Positions 57,109 through 64,000 of a stretch of 64,000 bases of DNA are shown one piece after another. This DNA comes from an uncultured Pirellulales bacterium (lineage in GTDB: Bacteria > Planctomycetota > Phycisphaerae > Sedimentisphaerales > Anaerobacaceae): the NCBI GenBank assembly GCA_964387605.1, contig CAYLYB010000001.1, positions 15,960 to 79,959 on the forward strand, in the 5' to 3' direction. The notes beneath the pieces are model-generated. The model had not been told where the DNA came from. It saw only the letters and a list, made by a program, of their open reading frames with translations, and did no database searches. The first letter of the stretch is position 1. Each line of letters begins with the position of its first letter. The position numbers and the translations under genes are program-made.

Positions 57109-60100
57109 TTACGGACAATTTGCGTCAAAAGGATTTGCGCAATCCAGCCAGTGTTGCCCCAAGACGGCAAAATCAAGAAAATCCACGTGTCCGTTTTCAT
57201 CCAGGTCGGTATTTCCGGTTGAAAATTCAAGCCAGTCGAGAGTGATTGAATATAGATCATATAAGGTTACATAACAATCGCCGTTAAGGTCTGCGGTTAC
57301 AGGGCCGGCGCACTGGAAGATTGAGAATGCGCCATCACTTATATCATAAATATCGGGCTCTGAGGCGTTACAGATTCGAATGAGGCATTGATTTGAATGA
57401 GCTTCGGGTGAGGTCCATTCGCATTGACCGTTATTTTCAACTGTATTAATGATTGTCCAGTTGTTGCCGTCGTTAATAGAGTATTCGATAACAACGTTGT
57501 TTATGTTTGGGTCTGCCTCCCAGTGGATAGTGTCGGGCCAAAGAGATGGCCAGTGCTCTCCGCCGTTTGGCCAGAGCACGCGAATCCTATAAATGGAAAA
57601 GTTGTCATCGCTAATATCCTGGAAGTTAGAATCGTTTGCATCAGTTATTCGAACCAGACAATTATTGGATATGGTCGAAGGAACCAGCCATTCGTATGCT
57701 CCGGTGTCGTCTACCTGACCGATATCAGACCAGTTATTTCCGTCGTTGAGAGAATATTCAAGGTGTGATAAACCGGAACTACCCCTGTTAAACCAGCGTA
57801 TTTGCGCTTCGGCGCCGGCCAGATATGCTTCACCGCCGTTGGGTGATAGAACTGCCAATCCGACTGTGTCTAAAGCAGCAGCGACTTCTGTCTGGAGCAG
57901 GGCTGATTCTATAAACTTATCGTCGGCGAAAATACCCGGGAATAAATTATTGCCGTCGTTGTTGCCTGAGCAGGTTTCGACAGGTCCTGTACTGAATGCC
58001 GGAAAAGCCAGAGAAGTGGACGGTTGTATGTTCTCAACGGGACTGCCATTGGATATATGCAGACGCAGTTTGGTTTTACCTGAGTCCTCGGCGTCTCTGT
58101 AACAAACAACGGCGAACTTTATCTGAGCGTGCCTTACAAAAGACATCTTCGAGGTTTTGATTGAGTGCGAATTTTGTCCATCGGTGACGTAGAGATGAAC
58201 CCCCCGATCGATATAATCATGTGGCACATAGTAAAGCTCGGCATAGCAGTTGCCTGCCTTCCATGATTTTATATAAAGCTTATCGTTTGATGCAATATAG
58301 CTATAGTGGTCGCTCGACAGCTCTGGATAGAAGGTGAATATATTGGTCCATTCCTGTGGCAGGTCCACGGCGGCATTTAGTTTTTCATCCATCCGGGGGC
58401 TCCCGCCCAGTTGCCAGGAACCCTTGGAAACCTCGGCTATCTGAGCGGCGTCAATGTCTACTTCAATTCCTGTAGTTCCTACTGCAACAATTCGTAATCC
58501 AAGATTTGAAACTGCCGAGTAAGTGCAGTAAGGAGTCAAAACAAGTTCTTGCCAGTGATTTGAGCTTGGATGACAAAGAGCCCTGAAGCTTGTCTCATCG
58601 TTCGAATTGTCCAGTACATAATTCGCAAATAAATAGTGACAATTCTTTCCTCGAACCCAGAACCGGCCTTCATAGGCCTTATTTGTCTCGATGTTAACCC
58701 GATTGCTGACAATATGCAATGTTGAGGAGTCGTTGCCCTTCATATTGAAAAAGTCAAGTCCATGAACTGCGTTTCCTGTCATTTGAACCATCGGTATCCC
58801 GTTGTATAGCCCTTTCCAGTCAGATACATTGTATTCGGCGCTCGATTTATTGGCATCATCGAGAAGATTTGTTGCAGCCGGCTCAAGTACTATTCCATTG
58901 CTCAGGGCAACCTGTGCCGGTTTTATTTGGAAGTGCCTGTTAACAGTCGTGGTCGAGACATTGTAATGTATTTTTCCCCCGGCTAATCCGATAGCTCTGG
59001 AGCTGCTTTCATTATTTTTAAAGCGATGATAGACAACCCAGTTTTGCAAATCAGTGCTAACCATTATTACGGCCGGATGAGGAAAGCCTGCTATTGAGCT
59101 GGAAGCATACCAAACGCCGTCGTAAAAGAAGATAGAACGGCAAAAGTTGGCGATATTGTTCCTGCTCCAGTCGAAAATCAACTGTTCAATGTCATCCACA
59201 TTGATTGTGTCGCCGGAAACATCGACGCTGCCCATCATCCAGTGGCGGTCAGAGCCGAATAATAACCTTGTAGGATGATTGTAATCAACAAGTGCCATTG
59301 GCTGAAAATCTATCTGGTTGGTCGATGTAAATTCATACCATGTTAGGCCGTCATCGTCACTGGCTACGACACGATGTTGTCTGTCGCCTGCAACAGCTAT
59401 CCATCGACCAAGTGATTCCTGTTTACAGACGGCGTGAAAGTGGTCAATTGCGTCACCGTCATTGGCGTCATATACGGTAGTAAACTCTTTGGTGTTAGGG
59501 TCCCAGCGATAAATATAGCGACCAGCGTAATCAGTGCCGGAAGGGCCGTATTCGACGAGTATGGCAGTGCCGTTGATTGCCTGATGATATGAAAAGCTGT
59601 TGGTTACTGCCGTTGGAGAAAGTTGAAGTTTCTGAACCGTTGTTGTTCCACCGTTCGAGCTATAGTAAATTCGCGTCGGTTCAATGGGATCGTACACCGA
59701 ATACAGTATACCTCCATCGGATAAACCAAATATGTTGATTATCGCGCTAACCTGGGTATTCGTCCGCTGCCAGGAGTTTGTCTCATAATTTACGATTGCA
59801 CGGCGATATATGTAGGCACCATTGCTGCTTGTGGCATACATATATTCTCCGGCAATACAATGGGGGACAAGATTTACATCTCCGTTCCATTCGCCAAGCA
59901 GGTATTCACCATCACTAACCGAACAGCAGGCTATAGTCTGGTATCGCGGTTCGTTTACTTCAAATTGTTCCAGAACCTCGGCTTCCTTGTCATACAAGAA
60001 TGCGATACTCGGCCGTGTAAAAGTTGCATCGCCATATTCAAGACCTGCTGCATGCGCCGATTTATAAATTGCTTCGTCTTGGCTCTGCAGCCACAACCTG

Positions 60101-60159
60101 GCACTTATGCTTATAGCCACAACAGATACAAGAGCGTATATAAGGGGATGCCTTTTCAT
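57109..60159 (-). CDS. large secreted multidomain protein: BNR/sialidase-like propeller, central beta-sandwich region, two Ig-like repeats and a dockerin-like C-terminus
   Basis: Signal/anchor MKRHPLIYALVSVVAISISA. BNR motif SDDDGLTW plus degenerate copies (SSNGGTT, SLNDGNNW, SINDGNNW). There are two ~85-aa homologous repeats. Paired Ca-binding-like dockerin loops are present (DLNGDCYVTLYDL and DLDENGHVDFLDF). Confidence 0.6.
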   Translation of the reverse strand: MKRHPLIYALVSVVAISISARLWLQSQDEAIYKSAHAAGLEYGDATFTRPSIAFLYDKEAEVLEQFEVNEPRYQTIACCSVSDGEYLLGEWNGDVNLVPHCIAGEYMYATSSNGAYIYRRAIVNYETNSWQRTNTQVSAIINIFGLSDGGILYSVYDPIEPTRIYYSSNGGTTTVQKLQLSPTAVTNSFSYHQAINGTAILVEYGPSGTDYAGRYIYRWDPNTKEFTTVYDANDGDAIDHFHAVCKQESLGRWIAVAGDRQHRVVASDDDGLTWYEFTSTNQIDFQPMALVDYNHPTRLLFGSDRHWMMGSVDVSGDTINVDDIEQLIFDWSRNNIANFCRSIFFYDGVWYASSSIAGFPHPAVIMVSTDLQNWVVYHRFKNNESSSRAIGLAGGKIHYNVSTTTVNRHFQIKPAQVALSNGIVLEPAATNLLDDANKSSAEYNVSDWKGLYNGIPMVQMTGNAVHGLDFFNMKGNDSSTLHIVSNRVNIETNKAYEGRFWVRGKNCHYLFANYVLDNSNDETSFRALCHPSSNHWQELVLTPYCTYSAVSNLGLRIVAVGTTGIEVDIDAAQIAEVSKGSWQLGGSPRMDEKLNAAVDLPQEWTNIFTFYPELSSDHYSYIASNDKLYIKSWKAGNCYAELYYVPHDYIDRGVHLYVTDGQNSHSIKTSKMSFVRHAQIKFAVVCYRDAEDSGKTKLRLHISNGSPVENIQPSTSLAFPAFSTGPVETCSGNNDGNNLFPGIFADDKFIESALLQTEVAAALDTVGLAVLSPNGGEAYLAGAEAQIRWFNRGSSGLSHLEYSLNDGNNWSDIGQVDDTGAYEWLVPSTISNNCLVRITDANDSNFQDISDDNFSIYRIRVLWPNGGEHWPSLWPDTIHWEADPNINNVVIEYSINDGNNWTIINTVENNGQCEWTSPEAHSNQCLIRICNASEPDIYDISDGAFSIFQCAGPVTADLNGDCYVTLYDLYSITLDWLEFSTGNTDLDENGHVDFLDFAVLGQHWLDCANPFDANCP

Positions 60160-60353
60160 CACGCACTCTACTAAAAACAACTATAGGGATAGCCAATTTG
60201 TTCGTAGTTTGATAGCTTTGCTATCCAATATTTCAATACCCACCTCACAACCTGCTTATACCAGATTTTGGGTTCTAAATCAATACTATTGTATGGATTA
60301 TAATTTCCATTTTACTGCTGTTTTTCGGTATTTCCATAACGTAGGTATAGTCG

Positions 60354-61322
60354 CTATTTATCTCCGGGCTTGCGACCTGCGATTATTAGACTAAGGGTTT
60401 CCTTCAGGCGTGTCTTGGATTGCCAGCCGATGGTGTTTCCGATTCGCTCAAGGCATGGAACACGCCTAAGCATGTCGTCAATTGGCCTGCCGTATGCTAC
60501 TTCATAAGCAATGTATTCCTTTCGGCTTTTACTGCCGGTCAAAGCGATGATTTTGTCGGCAAGGGCCTCTATGGTTATCTCTTCGTCCGAGCCGATGTTA
60601 AACACATTGCCCGTTGCCTTGTTGCAATCCATCAGCAGAACAATCGCATCCGCGATATCTTCGACGTAACAAAAGCACCGGCTTTGTTTGCCGGTTCCAT
60701 ATATCCGTATCGGCTCGTTTTTCAGGGCCGAGGCGATGAATCGCGGCACAACCATCCCGTATTTGCCCGTCTGTCTCGGCCCGATTGTGTTAAAGAACCT
60801 GCCAATCACAACATCAAGCCCGTATTGCTGGTGAAACGCAAAGCCCAGAAATTCGTCTATCGCCTTGCTGCACGCATAAGCCCAGCGGGGCATACTTGTG
60901 CTTCCCAGCAGAATATCATCTTCCTCGCGGAACGGGACCGATTCGTTCTTGCCGTAGACCTCGCTGCTCGATGCCAGAAACACCCTTGCGCGGAATTTGT
61001 TTGCCGCCTCGAGCACTGCCTGTGTGCCTGAGATGTTCGTTTCAATTGTCCCAACGGGATTATCTGCTATCAATTGCACGCCGACCGCCGCGGCTAAGTG
61101 AAAGATGGTATCGCAGCGCCGAGCAGCTGATTCCATCAGCCCGGCGTCGCAGATATTGCCCTCGATGAATTCGAGCTTATTGCTTCCCTGGAGTCCTTCG
61201 ATATTTTTCAGACTGCCCGTGCTGAGGTTGTCAACGATTATTATGTCGTTGCCTTTTTTCACCAATTTATCGGCTAAATGAGAGCCGATAAAACCGGCGC
61301 CACCTGTGATTAAAGCTCGCAT
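60354..61322 (-). CDS. NAD-dependent nucleotide-sugar epimerase/dehydratase (extended SDR)
   Basis: GGAGFIGSH, the catalytic YACSK, and RFFNTIGPRQ. Confidence 0.85.
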   Translation of the reverse strand: MRALITGGAGFIGSHLADKLVKKGNDIIIVDNLSTGSLKNIEGLQGSNKLEFIEGNICDAGLMESAARRCDTIFHLAAAVGVQLIADNPVGTIETNISGTQAVLEAANKFRARVFLASSSEVYGKNESVPFREEDDILLGSTSMPRWAYACSKAIDEFLGFAFHQQYGLDVVIGRFFNTIGPRQTGKYGMVVPRFIASALKNEPIRIYGTGKQSRCFCYVEDIADAIVLLMDCNKATGNVFNIGSDEEITIEALADKIIALTGSKSRKEYIAYEVAYGRPIDDMLRRVPCLERIGNTIGWQSKTRLKETLSLIIAGRKPGDK

Positions 61323-61806
61323 ACTGAATCCGTCTGAATATCTGTAATGGGTAGGGTGAAATGCCTGCTAATTAAGCAAGGGTTGTCTTAAAATGTCAGA
61401 CTCCGTCCCCGTCGGGTGCACGAAAAGCCCGTCGCATCCCTGCTAAAATTCGAACACATTTATTGGCAAAGCCCGGCGGTGCTGAAGATTACAGCCGAGA
61501 CCTTGATTTTTCGACTGGCAATTTACAGGCCCGCAGCACTGTAGCCGAATGCGTGCCGGCCGGCATATTCATAACATAAGTATCGACATATAAAGGACAT
61601 AGCTTTAATAACGGAAGCTCCCAAAACTTTGCTTTTAAGCCGCACCATATACGTCAAAACCACCCCCTAAGTTCACCATCTTAATAGTAATCAGGGAAGC
61701 CACATAGGCCACAAAAACAAAAAGATACTTTTAGCACAAAACCCCCCCTACGGGTATTAAAAAAGCCCTTTTATAGGTCTTGCCAGCCTGCCTGGGTTGA
61801 TATTGG

Positions 61807-62601
61807 CTATCCATAGTAGCTGCTGTAGGTCTTGTCCGTTTCCCAGACGGTAACGCAGTGTAGTGCTGCTTTGCCGAATTTGCCCGCTAATTTATGCCAG
61901 GCGAAGACGGCGATATTTTCGACGGTAGGGTTGGTTTTTCTAAATTCCGCCACGTCGTCGTTGAGGTTCGTGTGGTCCAGGGCTTTTACGAGATTCTCGT
62001 GGACCACTTTTTCAAAGTCGCCCGCGCGCAGCTCATTGCCGATGGGCCATTTCACCGTTACCTCGACAACGTAATTGTGGCCGTGGCCCGCCGGGTTGGC
62101 GCATTTCCCGAAGGTCTCGATATTCTTTTGCTCGTTGAAGTCATCGTTCCACAGCTTGTGCGACGCGGCAAACTCGAATTTTTCGCTGAAATAAACCATT
62201 CCGGAATCCACCTCATCCAAAGCCAGTGTTTTGAAAGGATTAAGTTTCAGACATAATCTGCTTAATCGTGCCGGGCCGAATTTGTCGCAAAGTGTTTCGA
62301 ATGTGCGCTTCAATAACTCAGCCAGTTCGTAATGACCGATATGGCCGGCTGCTCGATAGCTGTTCCTTATCTTCTCGGCGAAAATCGGAACTGCGTGTTC
62401 TCTTGTTTGGTTGTCTATGTCGCTCACGTTGACAATCAAACCGGTCTCACGCGATGCTTCGCCTGTCAGCTCAACGCCAAGCTCGAAAAAAACAGCCAAA
62501 CCTTCGCCGGCTGGTTTCGAAGCAAACGAGTTAAAACCCGGCTCATCGGCGGGCAAAAAAGGATTTATCGAGAATCGAACATATCGGCATAATTTGTGCA
62601 T
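61807..62601 (-). CDS. 6-pyruvoyl-tetrahydropterin synthase family protein, two tandem T-fold halves
   Basis: The C-terminal half carries FAASHKL, GKCANPAGHGHNYVVEVTV and DHTNLN (close to animal PTPS GKCNNPNGHGHNY). The N-terminal half lacks these residues. Confidence 0.8.
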   Translation of the reverse strand: MHKLCRYVRFSINPFLPADEPGFNSFASKPAGEGLAVFFELGVELTGEASRETGLIVNVSDIDNQTREHAVPIFAEKIRNSYRAAGHIGHYELAELLKRTFETLCDKFGPARLSRLCLKLNPFKTLALDEVDSGMVYFSEKFEFAASHKLWNDDFNEQKNIETFGKCANPAGHGHNYVVEVTVKWPIGNELRAGDFEKVVHENLVKALDHTNLNDDVAEFRKTNPTVENIAVFAWHKLAGKFGKAALHCVTVWETDKTYSSYYG

Positions 62602-62631
62602 AATTCACGCGTTGTATCCCGCGACGCTGTA

Positions 62632-63216
62632 TCATTTCCCGCCGTCGTGTATTAAGCTCATAAGCTCGCTTCTGCTCCTTGGGTCTTTTCTGAATAATCC
62701 GCGAACCGCACTTGTCACCATTACTGAACCGGGTTTTTTAATTCCCCTGATTGTCATACAGCCGTGAGATGCCTCCAGCACAACCGCAACGCCGAGCGGC
62801 TTGAGATTGCTCATTAAAAAATCTGCTATTTTATAAGTCAGCCGTTCCTGCGTCTGAAGCCGATGGGCGAAGCAATCAACTATCCTTGCTAATTTGCTCA
62901 CACCCAGGATGCGCCCGGCTGGTAAATATGCTACATGGGCCGACCCGATAAAAGGCATCAAATGATGCTCACAAACGCTGTAAAATGGTATATCACGCAG
63001 CAAGACTATTTCATCGTAATTTTCGTTGAAAACGCTGCGAAGATGTATTTCGGGATTTTCGCGCATACCCGCCAGAAGCTCGCTATACATCCTCGCGACT
63101 CGCCTGGGCGTATCTTTCAGGCCGCCCCGGTTCAGGTCTTCCCCGATTGCCAAAAGAATCTCTTTGACTGCTTTTTCAATCCTCGCTTCATCCACTTTCT
63201 TTTTCTTTGTAGTCAT
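62632..63216 (-). CDS. folE: GTP cyclohydrolase I
   Basis: Contains [10 protein letters not shown] and HGCMTIRG. The start at 63216 avoids the 26-nt overlap with pepA that the 63258 start would create. Confidence 0.9.
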   Translation of the reverse strand: MTTKKKKVDEARIEKAVKEILLAIGEDLNRGGLKDTPRRVARMYSELLAGMRENPEIHLRSVFNENYDEIVLLRDIPFYSVCEHHLMPFIGSAHVAYLPAGRILGVSKLARIVDCFAHRLQTQERLTYKIADFLMSNLKPLGVAVVLEASHGCMTIRGIKKPGSVMVTSAVRGLFRKDPRSRSELMSLIHDGGK

Positions 63217-63232
63217 GCCTGCCCGTCTAAAA

Positions 63233-64000
63233 TTATTTTCCGCCTTTTGTTTTGCCAAGGTTCATAAGATACGTTGTCAATAATCGAACGCCGAAAGCAC
63301 TGGCCCCGGGAGTTGAGTAAGGGCTCGGCTTTTCTATATAGTCCAGCCCTGCGATATCCAGATGCGCCCATTTCCTTTCGCCTGCGAACTGTCTCAAAAA
63401 AGCCGCCGCAGTGCACGCTCCTCCCCATTTGCCTCCGATGTTCTTCAGGTCGGCAATTTTACTTTTCATTTCCTGTGCGTATTCGTCTCCGCTGGGCATA
63501 GGCCATACCTTTTCACCGCTGGCCTGCGCCGCCTTTTCGATATCTTTACCAAGGCGTTCGTTGTTACTCATCAATCCGGCCATATATGTCCCCAGCGCGA
63601 CCATACACGCCCCGGTCAATGTGGCTATGTCGATAATCGTGTCGCATTTTTGTTTTATCGCATAGTGTATCCCGTCACAGAGTACCATTCGCCCCTCGGC
63701 ATCGGTATTTTGAACCTCGACTGTCTTGCCGCTATAAGTAGTAATTATATCTCCCGGCCTGAAGCTGCTGCCGCTCGGCATATTCTCCGCCGACGGTATT
63801 ATCCCGTAAAGATTAACGGGTAGCTTCAATTCAGCCGCCGCCTTTACCGTCGCCAGCACCGAAATACCCCCGGTTTTATCGAGTTTCATTCGGTCCATAT
63901 TCTGGGCCGGCTTTATGCTTATCCCGCCCGAATCGAATGTTATCGCCTTACCCACGAGGCCCACCGTCGGCAGTCGGCCCGCCGCTCGGCCCTTCGGGCC
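63233..64000 (-). CDS. pepA: leucyl aminopeptidase, C-terminal part (5' end lies beyond the window)
   Basis: [16 protein letters not shown] and [12 protein letters not shown] are the M17 catalytic motifs. The frame stays open to position 64000. Confidence 0.92.
   Translation of the reverse strand, partial: GPKGRAAGRLPTVGLVGKAITFDSGGISIKPAQNMDRMKLDKTGGISVLATVKAAAELKLPVNLYGIIPSAENMPSGSSFRPGDIITTYSGKTVEVQNTDAEGRMVLCDGIHYAIKQKCDTIIDIATLTGACMVALGTYMAGLMSNNERLGKDIEKAAQASGEKVWPMPSGDEYAQEMKSKIADLKNIGGKWGGACTAAAFLRQFAGERKWAHLDIAGLDYIEKPSPYSTPGASAFGVRLLTTYLMNLGKTKGGK

Noticed and set aside
60187-60226. Alternative hairpins upstream of the BNR-protein gene. gctatcc (60220-60226) can pair with either ggatagc (60187-60193) or gatagc (60211-60216).
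   Set aside because: The stems are only 6-7 bp, there is no U-tract and no conservation information. Such short complementarities are expected by chance in A/T-rich spacers.
61400-61440. The minus-strand sequence gggatgcgacgggc loosely resembles the tmRNA 5' region (GGAUUCGACGGG).
   Set aside because: No tRNA-like 3' end (T-arm plus an ACCA-compatible acceptor) and no tag reading frame could be found in the surrounding 480 nt.
1-64000. CRISPR arrays, transposases/IS elements, integrases, rRNA genes, and recognisable defence systems (restriction-modification, toxin-antitoxin, retron, CBASS-type).
   Set aside because: I read all ORF-free tracts longer than 100 nt and saw no regularly spaced repeats. 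No ORF translation shows DDE/tyrosine-recombinase, Cas, reverse-transcriptase, methylase or nuclease signatures that I can recognise.

Overview
This is a bacterial chromosomal window of about 54 protein genes plus one tRNA. Most genes lie on the minus strand. The protein families suggest a PVC/Planctomycetota-like genome: a PmoA/DUF6807-like protein, a TIGR03790-like protein, a dockerin-like C-terminal tail, TAT-exported xylose-isomerase-like barrels, and biosynthetic genes scattered singly. This placement is inference only.

Gene content in order:
- rpsF (5' truncated), ssb, rpsR and rplI on the plus strand.
- A tightly packed 5-gene minus-strand block: FAD/Fe-S oxidase, TAT-exported TIM barrel, PmoA-like protein, SGNH hydrolase and a membrane protein.
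- mlaE and mlaF without an MCE gene, and a divergent PEGA lipoprotein.
- An exosortase-type polysaccharide export locus (11.9-23.8 kb): Wza-like exporter, exosortase, EpsI, a 1637-aa TPR protein, a GumC/tyrosine-kinase fusion and an epimerase.
- Scattered housekeeping genes: purL with two fused PurS-like repeats, tyrA, accA, a ribokinase-family kinase, parB with two consensus parS sites but no parA, hisA, tRNA-Ser(CGA) and nadE.
- A SagB-nitroreductase/DJ-1 fusion, a VanZ protein and a TIGR03790-like protein.
- A second co-directional glycan assembly locus of about 20 kb (41.7-61.3 kb) that looks more A/T-rich by eye. It encodes a PglC-like priming transferase, four glycosyltransferases (two are tandem paralogs, one of them fused to a hexapeptide acetyltransferase), Wzx, a Wzy-like polymerase, a TIM-barrel glycosidase-like protein, a 1017-aa BNR/dockerin-like secreted protein, a WD40 protein, and a GNAT / 3-hydroxyacyl-CoA dehydrogenase / SCP2-thiolase / ATP-grasp module.
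- A two-domain PTPS, folE and pepA (truncated at the window edge).

I found no CRISPR array, transposase, integrase, rRNA or recognisable defence system. The most interesting items are the split exosortase plus Wzx/Wzy glycan system with its own hydroxyacyl-CoA supply module, the orphan parB/parS region, and several unusual domain fusions. All family assignments come from motif recognition by eye. No database search was run.
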